This document shows positions 45,020-54,485 of a stretch of DNA of 64,000 bases, piece after piece. Both the position numbers and the translations under genes were made by a program. Location of the stretch: NCBI RefSeq assembly GCF_045037415.1, contig NZ_CP173438.1; one strand, written 5' to 3'. Origin of the DNA: Escherichia coli (GTDB lineage: Bacteria > Pseudomonadota > Gammaproteobacteria > Enterobacterales > Enterobacteriaceae). Numbering within the stretch: the stretch's first letter is position 1; the number at the start of each line of letters is the position of its first letter. The notes below the pieces were generated by a model. The model was not told the DNA's origin. It saw nothing but the letters and a program-made list of their open reading frames with translations, and ran no database searches.

Positions 45020-46415
45020 TTACGCCGCACCGTCCTTTTTAACTTCTCGCCAGATTCGCCATGCCATAAACGCCAGAACGGCAACGCCAAGTATTAACGC
45101 CCCCCACACCAGCAGCGTTTTCCACTGACTTTGTTGTTCGGCTGCCGACGTCGCCGTTAGTCGCAATTCACCGCCGAGAGTTACGCTCTCCTGCGGTATA
45201 GCCCACGGCAGATTATCTATCTCCTGCGTTTTACGCAGCGACGCAGGGATCAACATATCGAGTCCAACATCGGCCTTTTTCGCCGCCCGGTTTCCCCACG
45301 CCAGCATGTAAGGACCTTTGCCTTGCGTGTTAAAAACCAGTTGATAACTGTCGCGCGCACCGCTCAATGCTGGCAATGCCTCCGGCAATCGCGCATTAAT
45401 TGTACGTATTCGAACAGCCTCAACTAACTGGCCAGGAAGACGAATATCTTCTGAACGCTTCCCGTCCAGGCGATACAACACCGTTTTTGTCAGTGACTGC
45501 CAGGGTTCTTTTTCGCCGCTGCGCCAGACCAGTTCCACCGGTAAAACGCCTTCATTTTCCAGATCGATCCGCAACGATGTCAGGGGCTGCGGCTGTGTCC
45601 ATCGCCAGACGGCTTCATCATCCGACACCTTATCCGCCCGAGCGCCAATCACAATACGTTCGGACTCCGGCTCATTACTGTCAGCAATAGCGCTCACGCT
45701 GTTTAACGTCAGTGCCGGGCTTTGCGAGTTGAGGATCACCAGCAGGTAGCGATTTCCTTCAAGTGACAATGTCAGGTTGGTGCTGATGGCGTCCATTTTC
45801 AGACGATCGCTATCCCGCGTCAGATCCATTAACGGCGCATCTTCCTGCACGGGTCGCCAGTAGCGTAAATCACGGCTGACATAAACCGAGGCTTTCCCCT
45901 GCCAGTTGCCCGTCGGCGTCCCCCAGTTCAGACGCAATTGCGTCAGTGAAAGAGAGTCTTTCCTCTCTTCCGGCAACGTCAGTAAATAGCTCTGCCCGAG
46001 CGCAGTGACATCATCGCTTTGCAAATGAATTTCAATACCGTTTTTTGAACGTAAAACAACAGCATCCCCACTACGTTGACCCTCATCACGCGGCGGAACC
46101 GGCGACATATCAAGCGGGAAAAGACGCAGAGCCACTGTCTCTGGCGTAACGGTCTGGGTTTTCTGCGCCACCAGCGCAAACGGCACCATATCCCCCAGAT
46201 GGTTAAAAACCCGCACATCGCGCAAATCCGGCCATGCAGTGCTCTGATACACCACCTGCGGCAGCGAAATGCGATACCAGGGCGAATGCCCCCGTGGTTT
46301 CCAGCGCGACGCCTGTTGCGTAGTCCGTTGGCGCTTCCTTCACTTCATCGCTGCTGACCGCCGCGCCCGCAGTACTCAGTAGCACGCTGCATAACACCGC
46401 TTTCATCCATTTCAT
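45020..46415 (-). pseudogene. Exported protein with C-terminal TM anchor (DUF3999-like from memory), frameshifted in a G5/C5 run
   Basis: ATG at 46415 gives the signal peptide MKWMKAVLCSVLLSTAGAAVSS...VALETTG. The frame then changes at CCCCC 46289-46293 to HSPWYRISLPQVVYQSTAWPD... (ORF 45020..46255). Removing one base restores a single ORF of about 464 aa. Confidence 0.7.
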
Positions 46416-49069
46416 TTTTCTTCTCCCGCTTTGGGCGGTAACGGTGAAAAATACCCGACGATTAGCACCAGAATTGCCACGCCGATAAACGTGACCGCGC
46501 GTGCCAGGCCGCCGCCACGCGCACTGTCTACCAACATCAGTTTCACAATAACAATCCCTAACAATACGGATCCACAAAGCCATTCGCGACGTGAGCAACG
46601 CCGGGTCGCACGTAGCATCACCACTAATGCCGCCAGCATCCAGAACAGGGCAAAACAGGTCTGAATCAGCCGCGAATGCCACAGTGTTTCCGCGCTCCAG
46701 GGCACTTCGCCGTACCAGGCCAATGCGCGCAGCAGGATGCCATTCAGCCACCAGAAGCTAAGCGCCAGCAGTGCAATGAGCGGCCAGGGACGGCATACCG
46801 AAATCTGCACCGGGAAAAAGCGCTGCGAAACGCGATAAAATACAATGAGTCCCAGTAGCGCAAAAGCGGCCCCCTCCTCCAGTGGATTCACCAGCGGCAG
46901 CCAGGTCTGGCGATAAACTACGCCATCCTGCAAATTCGTCAGTACTAGCAGAACAACCAATACCGCAGCTACCGGTATCATCGCCTGAGAAGCGTAGAGT
47001 GCGGGCCAGCTTCGGAATGGCCATAGCTGACGATGAACCGCCTCATGAACGAGAAAGATGAGCAGGCCCCCCGCGGCCATCATCAGGCCGGAGCCCCACG
47101 CCGCCATGCCCCATGGCAGATCTTGCGCAAACCAGAATAGCTCCGCCGCCAGCGCGAGCAGAATCATCCAGAAGAGTGAAAGGTGCGCCAGTCTGGAGAG
47201 GCGCGGCGGCAACGTCTCAGCATCACGCCAGAGCAATGCCCCCGCAGCGGGTAACGCCAGACACCAGGCCAGATTCTGCCAGCCCGCAGCAAAAATCTCA
47301 TGTTGTGAAATTTGAGACAGCAGCATCACCAGCATCGTCGGCCACAGCAACCATTTGCTGACATCCAGCTCCCACCAGGCCAGACGACCAGAGACAATCC
47401 GCCAGCCCCAGACCGATATCGCCATTAACGCCAGCACGCCAGACAGCACCAGCGAGTCCTTTTTCAGCACCAGTTGCGATGCCCCAATGAGCGCGATTAT
47501 CCAGAAGATCAAACCGCCAGCCAACAGAACCCAACTACCCTGCAACTGAATATTGCGCCACAGCCAGGCGGCAGCCAGCCAGCTGAGGCTGAGTACGGCA
47601 AAGATTAGCACCAGAGAAAGCGCGCTCATCCCGTTCATCTGCGCCCACAGCGCGCTGCACACTGCCAGCACCAGCAGCGCAGTGCCGCTATAGCTCATAC
47701 GCCGCTGCTGCTGTTGCACGCCCAGCCAGAGGATGCCGAGACCTTCCAGCGCCCAGGCCATCGCCGTCCAGCGGGCCGAAAGCGCCAGTGGGATAGCGAG
47801 CGTGGTAAATGCCCCACCCAGCGCCAGCGCCGCCAGCACCAGCGGCCTCCCCAAAGAGGGATAGCGACGCAATGCAAGCCATGCTAACGCCAGATAGAAA
47901 CCGCCGTAACCCAGCGCGCTAAGCGCCGGACCATATTCCATATGCCGGGTTATGGCGTACTGCATGCCAAAACCGACCAGCGGCGATGCAAACAACAGCA
48001 CGCCATCAATAATCTGCTTACCTTTCTCCTGTGCTCGTAGCGATAGCGCCACGCTCAGCACACCAAAAATGATCGTATTGGCTATCAGGAAAAGCTGACT
48101 GCTCAGGTAATACTCTGATCGATAGCCGTCGAGTCCCCAAAGACCGCCGATACCAAAGGTAAATAACAGGCCAAGCAGATTAAGCTCGCGCCAGTGTTGC
48201 CAGATGCTGATGGCGAGAATACCGACGGAAAGCAGAAGGTAGAAAGAGAAGAGCGCCACATGACTACCGCCGCCGGTGGAAAGCAACAGCGGTGCCAGAT
48301 AGCCACCGATACTTGCCAGCATCGCGAGGCTGAGCGCTTTTTGCATAATCGCCAGTCCCACGCTCGCCGCGCAAATCGCCACCAGTAATGCAAACGCCAG
48401 CGTCATCGGCAGCATCTGCCAGAGCCAGAATGCGCCAAAAACGGTGAGATAGAGCGTCCCCGTAGCTCCACCCTGTATGATCAGCGCATAAACCAGCTGT
48501 TTATGCCGCAATCGCCAGCCCACTACCAGCAGGGCAATCGCAAACAGCGAAGTCGCCACCAGACGTAGCTCAAGCGGGAACAGGGAGTGTTCAACCGTAT
48601 AACGCAGCAGGAAGGAGAAGCCAAGGAAGAGAAGCAGAATACCCAGCTTTGCCAGCGGGTTGCCCTGCATAAACCAGCGCACCAGGGACGACATCACCCC
48701 ACCAAAAGCGGAAGATTGTTCGACCGCTGGTGTGGGTAGCGCCTCGTTTTGCGGCTTCGGTTGTGGACGCCAGGGGTCAACGGACTCAGGCGTGACATCA
48801 GCCACAGGCTCCGACAGCACGATGTTAACCGCAGGCGAAGACGTTTCAACAGGCACAACCATCTGCGAAACACTCTGCGGCACAGTTGTTACCACTGTGG
48901 CGGGTGCTTCAGTCACACCGCGCTGCTCAAGCACCTCCACCCGGCGACGCAGGGTCGCCAGCTCAGAACGAACAGCCGTGCTGCGGCTGAGCGCGATAAT
49001 CGCGAGGATGGGAACCACCACCAGTGCGAAGAATAAAGCAATGCAGCCAAGGGTTAGCAGCTCATCCAT
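46412..49069 (-). CDS. Large polytopic membrane protein (DUF2339-like from memory)
   Basis: I prefer ATG 49069 (MDELLTLGCIALFF...) over the TTG at 49111. The protein has an N-terminal TM, the coiled segment LATLRRRVEVLEQR and a Pro/Val-rich linker. More than 20 hydrophobic helices follow. The stop abuts the downstream start. Confidence 0.7.
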   Translation of the reverse strand: MDELLTLGCIALFFALVVVPILAIIALSRSTAVRSELATLRRRVEVLEQRGVTEAPATVVTTVPQSVSQMVVPVETSSPAVNIVLSEPVADVTPESVDPWRPQPKPQNEALPTPAVEQSSAFGGVMSSLVRWFMQGNPLAKLGILLLFLGFSFLLRYTVEHSLFPLELRLVATSLFAIALLVVGWRLRHKQLVYALIIQGGATGTLYLTVFGAFWLWQMLPMTLAFALLVAICAASVGLAIMQKALSLAMLASIGGYLAPLLLSTGGGSHVALFSFYLLLSVGILAISIWQHWRELNLLGLLFTFGIGGLWGLDGYRSEYYLSSQLFLIANTIIFGVLSVALSLRAQEKGKQIIDGVLLFASPLVGFGMQYAITRHMEYGPALSALGYGGFYLALAWLALRRYPSLGRPLVLAALALGGAFTTLAIPLALSARWTAMAWALEGLGILWLGVQQQQRRMSYSGTALLVLAVCSALWAQMNGMSALSLVLIFAVLSLSWLAAAWLWRNIQLQGSWVLLAGGLIFWIIALIGASQLVLKKDSLVLSGVLALMAISVWGWRIVSGRLAWWELDVSKWLLWPTMLVMLLSQISQHEIFAAGWQNLAWCLALPAAGALLWRDAETLPPRLSRLAHLSLFWMILLALAAELFWFAQDLPWGMAAWGSGLMMAAGGLLIFLVHEAVHRQLWPFRSWPALYASQAMIPVAAVLVVLLVLTNLQDGVVYRQTWLPLVNPLEEGAAFALLGLIVFYRVSQRFFPVQISVCRPWPLIALLALSFWWLNGILLRALAWYGEVPWSAETLWHSRLIQTCFALFWMLAALVVMLRATRRCSRREWLCGSVLLGIVIVKLMLVDSARGGGLARAVTFIGVAILVLIVGYFSPLPPKAGEEK

Positions 49070-49206
49070 GTTTCCACCGTCGCGGTATAAAGATGGGTCA
49101 GAATGACACAAACTGTTGTATTTGTGCCATATGCATTAGCAAAGCGAGCCGCTTTTTCAGAAAATACCATCAACCTCTGCACGCAGGCAGAAACTGTAAA
49201 ATGCGA

Positions 49207-49888
49207 TTAAAACGCAAAGCACGAACAACCGGGCATTCGTGACCAGAATGTATCTCTGTTTACTTTAAGTGATGAGGTTTTGGATCTACGCACTACTCTT
49301 CCGCTTCTGAGGCATTGCTGCAGCTCTTTTTTTAAAGCTCCCCGGGTTGGTATAAAAAGCGTTTTATAAATCATTTCATGTGACACATGCATTTCCTGAT
49401 TATCGGGATAACAGCGTTTTAGCCAACCGCCAATTTGTTCCGGCGACCAGTCCTGATGCATCTTCTCTGCAATGATTTTACACAATGTGGGGCTTTCAAT
49501 TAGCTTGCAAGGTTTTGGTCTCAGAGCATTTTCCCACGCAGCAGGATCGGCTTTTGCTGCACGGTATTGTTTTGCACCGCCGTGCCTCCTGATCTCGCGG
49601 CTAATCGTTGAGGGAGCTATTGATAATTTAGCAGCGATGTCCCTGATGATGCGTTTTGCTACCAGTCCTCTGGATATCTCCTCTTTTTCATCAAGCGAAA
49701 ACGCTAACCGGTGCCGCTTTCGCACGGGAGGACGGTAGCCACCGGCCTGGTGGATTGTAGGCATGATAGTAGAGTGAAATCTGTCGAACATTCTGGGGGA
49801 TATCATGCAGGGAATCACCTTGCTTATATCTGTCCCAAATAATCACCTTTTGCTCTGGCGTGTAGTTAATACGAGTTCTTCGTTTCAT
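49207..49888 (-). pseudogene. IS30-family transposase, N-terminal HTH portion only, frameshifted and truncated
   Basis: Two overlapping frames. MKRRTRINYTPEQKVIIWDRYKQGDSLHDI is in one frame. ...LSIAPSTISREIRRHGG...WSPEQIGGWLKR...VSHEMIYKTLF is in the other. These resemble the IS30 Tnp N-terminal half, and no DDE domain follows. Confidence 0.75.
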
Positions 49889-50065
49889 GGCAACGTCCCC
49901 CTTGATTAGGGACAGCGTTGCATCGACCCGTTGAACTCACAGCTCAAAGCGGACATGGATCACTTACTGGATATGCACATCGTTCCAATGCGCATATCCC
50001 ATTATGATTGACAACGTAATACGCCCTTATCAGAGATCGCAGATAGTTAAATTCAAGAAAGTAAG

Positions 50066-51463
50066 CTAGTCCTTCACTTTCATCGTGAAACCACGCCAGT
50101 CCGGTAGTGAAAGCGCGCCCGTTGCCACTACCCCATCATGATCCAGCATGCAGACACGACCAGGGTTCATACTGACAACCTCACGGATATACGCCTGCTC
50201 CACACCACAGATCATAAACGCCAACAGTGCCTTATTCCGCGCATATTGATGATGGTGAGTCTTTTCACGCTGATACACCTCACTATTAAGATCCAGTATT
50301 AATCCGACTTCATTAGCGTACCTGTGATAGTTACGCGGTGATGAACAACTCTTGCGGTGTGCGCCATGCACACGTTCCAGCAATGACTCAAGCGCAGATT
50401 TCAATGGACTGATATAACGGTTCCACCAACGCAAAATCTTTAGCGCCTTTTTTTTGCTGTTACCGCACCATCCATACACTTTTGCCCCAAGGCCATCATT
50501 AACACCAATAGTCACACGCCCAATTCTGTAGGTGGTGGTATGGACCATCTGTTTGCACTGTTTACGGGTCAGCCCGGTATGTTCCATCATGGTTTTATAT
50601 ATCGATGACTTCACACGATAATCGACGTCATACTGTCTGAACAGATGGTTCAGACAGGCCAGATTGCACGCTTCGATGTCATAGTTGAGTAACCCGGTCC
50701 GAAATTTAGCTTTGAACTCATTGGGCAGATTCTGGAAAGCTTGATCATAATACCGCCCTCCAAACGTCAGACGATAATGATGGTCGTAAGTGACATATTG
50801 TCCCTCAATCCTGCCATTGTAGAGATGGTTAAGGCTGCGTATTCCTGCGCGGTAATAGTGATCCGGCTCACGGCTACGCAATTCCTTCACAAACTGTATA
50901 CTCATGCGCCCCCGCCCAACTTTGGCCAAGAAGTCCTTTTCCGTTTGTTTTAGGGCCGTCTGGCGTTTCTCTACATCTATCGCATGCCCAGGAGCTTTCC
51001 CGTTCCCCTGAAGCAGAGCTCTAAAACTAACAGACTCACCAGTATCCAAGTCAACCAGATTTAACTTACCCCTGGCAGACTCATCACACACAGGCAGCAG
51101 GGGGTTGAACCGCCATGCACTGGCTCTACGCTTTTCCGGGTCTTTGCTCGCTTTTCCTGCACGAAATTCAATATCCGAAAGTGTCGGCAGGAAATCAGTT
51201 AGCGTGGACATAAAGCACTCCCCCTGGTAACTAATTTCACACTGTCCCAGGAGACTGGCATAGCTGCTACGGATATCCCGGACAGTGCATATAGTCCAGC
51301 CATCATCGTCTGTTTCCAGCCATATGTGAGCCAGGAACCACCGTACTGTCTGCCGCCGGGTAACAGCCCATTGCGTATCCCCCACGACATAATCCGTTAT
51401 TTCAGTAATACGGTCATAAACCCACTTAGGGATCTTCACTGGATAATCCTTTTCAGTACTCAC
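50066..51463 (-). CDS. Stand-alone family-A (Pol I-like) polymerase-domain protein with a novel N-terminal region
   Basis: 465 aa with a GTG start after GAGGGGA. Motifs read directly are NGRIEGQY...FGGRYYDQAFQNLP (cf. TGRxHTSY...TGRLSSxxPNLQNIP) and NYDIEACNL (motif A, DYSQIELR). Also present are RKQCKQMVHTTTYRIG (motif B, R-x3-K-x7-Y-x2-G) and MLDHDGVV (motif C, HDE). Confidence 0.65.
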   Translation of the reverse strand: MSTEKDYPVKIPKWVYDRITEITDYVVGDTQWAVTRRQTVRWFLAHIWLETDDDGWTICTVRDIRSSYASLLGQCEISYQGECFMSTLTDFLPTLSDIEFRAGKASKDPEKRRASAWRFNPLLPVCDESARGKLNLVDLDTGESVSFRALLQGNGKAPGHAIDVEKRQTALKQTEKDFLAKVGRGRMSIQFVKELRSREPDHYYRAGIRSLNHLYNGRIEGQYVTYDHHYRLTFGGRYYDQAFQNLPNEFKAKFRTGLLNYDIEACNLACLNHLFRQYDVDYRVKSSIYKTMMEHTGLTRKQCKQMVHTTTYRIGRVTIGVNDGLGAKVYGWCGNSKKKALKILRWWNRYISPLKSALESLLERVHGAHRKSCSSPRNYHRYANEVGLILDLNSEVYQREKTHHHQYARNKALLAFMICGVEQAYIREVVSMNPGRVCMLDHDGVVATGALSLPDWRGFTMKVKD

Positions 51464-51950
51464 GGTCCCCTCTCAGCATCCTCGTCTCACTACATTAACC
51501 AAACTCAACGCTGGGCAATTCGAAAGTCAAAACCCCAGTCGCGAGGATGGGCTCCGCCCATGATTTGCTCCACTCCGGTCGCAAATCTTTCCCCCTGTTC
51601 AGGCTGACGCCTTCCCTCACTCGCTGCGCTCGTTCGCCGTATCGTTTAATGACATGAGAAGGAGATGAAGCCTCCGTAGTGCTGCATGTCCCCAAGCTCT
51701 CCGTTGCGCTCAATGGCAATGGTGCTCGCTGACCGCTCCCCCCATTGTGTGTAGAATATTCACTGACAGAAACACAGAAAGCCCTCACAGATGCGCTAAC
51801 TCGTCAGTTGATGGTAAGGATCGGGTGTGCAGAGGCATCCGTGAGCCCCTGCAGAAAACAGACGGTTGCGTTAAAATCGAGACAGTTGGAATGTTAAAGT
51901 GCATCAGCGCCATCAAAATCACTGGCAAGCTTTGCAGTTTTACAACAACG

Positions 51951-51995
51951 AAAATGCAGTGGTTGCCGCTGTTATTCGTCGTTCCACTGCAATTT
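51951..51995. repeat. Inverted repeat AAAATGCAGTGG-N21-CCACTGCAATTT in the gap upstream of the polymerase gene
   Basis: 12-bp arms with one mismatch. The same 12-mer AAAATGCAGTGG recurs at 52930-52941. Confidence 0.8.
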
Positions 51996-52039
51996 AATCA
52001 ACAGCAAAAGTGCATTGCAGTTGCTGCATTACCGGTAAA

Positions 52040-52894
52040 TCAGTGCACTTTCCCTGGGGGTTGCCCAAACGAAAAAGAAACGACACCTGTTCCGAGTGAG
52101 TCCAGGGTAAGCAGACTTTTTAACAGTGTCCGGCCTTTCAGTAGCTCCATTCTTGACTTAACAAGAGCGTCTTTATCAGTCAGTGTGTAATCTGCTGTGT
52201 GCCAGACTGGATTCAGGGCGCATGAAATCAGTCTCGCGGGATCTTTATACCTGAGCACGATCACTGGTGTGTTAAGCGTCGATGCATCAATGAATGCCCC
52301 ACCACTTCGCGACATATGCGCTTTTAGCCCCTTAATCAACGTACTGTCATTGGGCAGGAACAAACACAACTGTGGAACCCAGAAAATACGCTCTTCTGGG
52401 CCATCAGGCATATGTCGCATCATACTGAAGGTGCCTGTGGCCGGACCGGCGTACCCCAGGCGGTTAAGTACCCGGCTTATCCTCTGCTTATAACGACCGA
52501 TTTGCGCCCTGAGCGCCCCAATGTTCTTCCATGGCGGCGGAGTTTGCGTATCCTTGTTGAAAAACAGGACCACTCCCACGTATTCTGCTGAATTCCCCGG
52601 CAAGACATGCAACATAGCCAGTTGCGCCAGAATGCGTTCCCGCTGGCAATGCGGGCATATAAGACTGTTGCATGGAGATCCGTTTCTGCACTGCCTTAGT
52701 TTTTGAGCAATGATGTTGTAGCAGCGATTGCTGCCTTTCAGTTTATTTAGTAAATGGTTAAGACGCTGCAGTTCATACTCACTTTCCTGCTGGGTAATAA
52801 TAGTGGGGAATGCTTTACTTAAAATCTCAAGCATTGACGGTGCGTGACGAATGTAATCCGGGTCAGATGTTCTGAAGTAATAAGAATCGTTCAT
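52040..52894 (-). CDS. Hypothetical protein with a CxxxxCPxC zinc-ribbon-like motif (possible replication initiator)
   Basis: 284 aa with AGGAA before the ATG. CNSLICPHCQRERILAQL resembles the Cys motif of some plasmid/phage Rep proteins, but I see no HUH motif. Confidence 0.55.
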   Translation of the reverse strand: MNDSYYFRTSDPDYIRHAPSMLEILSKAFPTIITQQESEYELQRLNHLLNKLKGSNRCYNIIAQKLRQCRNGSPCNSLICPHCQRERILAQLAMLHVLPGNSAEYVGVVLFFNKDTQTPPPWKNIGALRAQIGRYKQRISRVLNRLGYAGPATGTFSMMRHMPDGPEERIFWVPQLCLFLPNDSTLIKGLKAHMSRSGGAFIDASTLNTPVIVLRYKDPARLISCALNPVWHTADYTLTDKDALVKSRMELLKGRTLLKSLLTLDSLGTGVVSFSFGQPPGKVH

Positions 52895-52915
52895 TTAATA
52901 TTCCTAGCTGTATTG

Positions 52916-52950
52916 ATTACCCTGCCACCAAAATGCAGTGGCAGGGTAAT
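52916..52950. repeat. Perfect 13-bp stem hairpin ATTACCCTGCCAC-CAAAATGCA-GTGGCAGGGTAAT
   Basis: Read directly. It lies in the 87-bp spacer between the 155-aa and 284-aa genes, and its loop and right arm contain AAAATGCAGTGG. Confidence 0.9.
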
Positions 52951-52981
52951 ATGTCAGTTTTTCACCATACAGAAATGGCTA

Positions 52982-53449
52982 TTACCCGAATGACCTCGCC
53001 TGAGCATCTTCATGCCGCTCAACTAACTTATTGTAATCCCAATGATAAGAGGAATTTTTGTCGTTTGTTTCTAAAAAATCTAAAAATAACTCAGGCAACT
53101 GATATAAAGCGTATTCCCCGGTTACATCCACCCCCTGATAATGTAATTGCTGAGCGGTAGAACAATATGCACAGGCCCTGCTCCCGCAGGGAATGTATTT
53201 ACAACGCTCAAGGATAAGCGCCAGTTTAGCGTAGTTGCTCCACATGTCATCGGCCCCGCCGCAATCCTGTATGAGAATATTGGACACTGTATATGCAGAT
53301 GCGTAGTTAAGCTTACGTATCCGTAAACGCTGCTCCTTTAACACTGCTGATATCGTTTCTTGTGATAAACCAACCTGTTTCCCCATAGTTTCGAACCAAG
53401 GAACCAGCGTTTTTTTCGCAGAACTGGTTTTCGATTTTATCTCTTTCAT
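52982..53449 (-). CDS. Hypothetical Cys-rich protein
   Basis: ATG at 53449 (MKEIKSKTSSAKK...) lies 1 nt after the alpA stop and is preceded by GGAGA, giving 155 aa. Contains CKYIPCGSRACAYC. Confidence 0.55.
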   Translation of the reverse strand: MKEIKSKTSSAKKTLVPWFETMGKQVGLSQETISAVLKEQRLRIRKLNYASAYTVSNILIQDCGGADDMWSNYAKLALILERCKYIPCGSRACAYCSTAQQLHYQGVDVTGEYALYQLPELFLDFLETNDKNSSYHWDYNKLVERHEDAQARSFG

Positions 53450-53450
53450 T

Positions 53451-53648
53451 TCATTCTCCCGCCTGCATACGGCTGTTAACCCAGTTATTGATATCACTCT
53501 CCAGCCAGCCTACCGCCCGGCCATTGTCGCCCGTTAGCCTCTTTGACAAAGGAAAGAATCCTTTCGAGATGAGTCGGTACAACGTCGCTGACGAGTTCCC
53601 CGTCAGATGAAGTACCTCTTTTTTACGCAAAATACGGTTGGTGTTCAT
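53451..53648 (-). CDS. alpA: AlpA-family phage/island transcriptional regulator (excisionase-like HTH)
   Basis: 65-aa ORF MNTNRILRKKEVLHLTGNSSATLYRLISKGFFPLSKRLTGDNGRAVGWLESDINNWV, a typical AlpA signature. Confidence 0.85.
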   Translation of the reverse strand: MNTNRILRKKEVLHLTGNSSATLYRLISKGFFPLSKRLTGDNGRAVGWLESDINNWVNSRMQAGE

Positions 53649-53714
53649 GCTTGTGCTCCTTTGAGCTGTTTCAGGAGCGGGTTATTTACAACCACCAAAA
53701 AACGCAAGGATTCA

Positions 53715-53735
53715 CTCAACGATGCCTTCGTTGAG
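53715..53735. promoter_or_regulatory. Palindrome CTCAACGA-TGCC-(T)TCGTTGAG in the divergent promoter region
   Basis: An 8-bp inverted repeat between alpA (-) and the 204-aa gene (+). It is a candidate operator. Confidence 0.4.
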
Positions 53736-53870
53736 CACGTTAAGGGCATCTTTAATGTGGATGTCATTCGAGATCATCTATTTCTGTCTCCAGAACGGTC
53801 ATATAAAGAAGCAATTTTCACTGAGGCTCAATGGTGATATTTTGTACAAAACACTGTCATGGAGGTGACT

Positions 53871-54485
53871 ATGATTGGTAACCAAAGCAACAAGGCTGAC
53901 GCCAGATGCCACCGGGAACGGAAAAGCAGTAACGAGGTCTTTGAATTTCTGGAGAAGAAGCTTTATCTGGGACGGGATACCCGGCAAAAACTGGCACTGA
54001 TTGCCCGGAAACTGACGGGAGCGGGTTTTAGCCCGGATAAATTCGCTGCGGAGAAAGCGGCAGATGTGCTGAGTGCCTGCGTGAACCACATGTTTAATGA
54101 CCTGCTCAATGAGGGAGAGCCAAACGGGATTTATAGGCCGGAGGAACACCCCATGATAGTCCCGGCCAGGTCCCCTAAGGCACTGGAAATCTATACTGTT
54201 TACCAGCTTGTAAAAGGTCGTTTTGACAAGCTTCATACGGGGGAGTCAGATCGTGAGAAATATGCTTCGGTAGCAGAAAAACTTAATGAGTATGGAATAT
54301 GGAAACCCCGGTTAAAACGACTCTCTGACGGTAAAGAATGGGCGCGTGAGGATGTTGCGTGGATGCTTCAGCCTGAAAATATCAATGCACAAATTAACAT
54401 CCAGAATCAAAAGTACGCGCGGTTGAGTGCTGAAGATGAAACTGAAACCGAGTCTGGCAACGCCTCAACTGCTAAAAACATCTGA
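53871..54485 (+). CDS. Hypothetical protein
   Basis: The ORF track starts at 53859. ATG 53871 is preceded by GGAGG, giving 204 aa. I recognise no motif. The 3' end overlaps the convergent recombinase gene by 14 nt. Confidence 0.55.
   Translation: MIGNQSNKADARCHRERKSSNEVFEFLEKKLYLGRDTRQKLALIARKLTGAGFSPDKFAAEKAADVLSACVNHMFNDLLNEGEPNGIYRPEEHPMIVPARSPKALEIYTVYQLVKGRFDKLHTGESDREKYASVAEKLNEYGIWKPRLKRLSDGKEWAREDVAWMLQPENINAQINIQNQKYARLSAEDETETESGNASTAKNI

Noticed and set aside
46203-46751. 182-aa minus-strand ORF
   Set aside because: It is not an independent gene. Its last 70 codons are the true N-terminus (signal peptide) of the frameshifted exported protein. The rest is an out-of-frame overlap with the 3' end of the large membrane-protein gene.
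51495-52190. ORFs of 97 aa (minus) and 147 aa (plus) in the gap upstream of the polymerase gene
   Set aside because: They have no RBS and mutually overlap, and their composition is not protein-like. I treated the region as non-coding (possible origin or regulatory region), but an unannotated small gene cannot be excluded.
52040-52894. Idea that the 284-aa protein is a rolling-circle (HUH) Rep because of CNSLICPHCQRERI
   Set aside because: I could not find an HUH motif or a convincing catalytic Tyr motif downstream of the Cys motif. Only the zinc-ribbon-like element is supported, so the call remains hypothetical protein / possible initiator.
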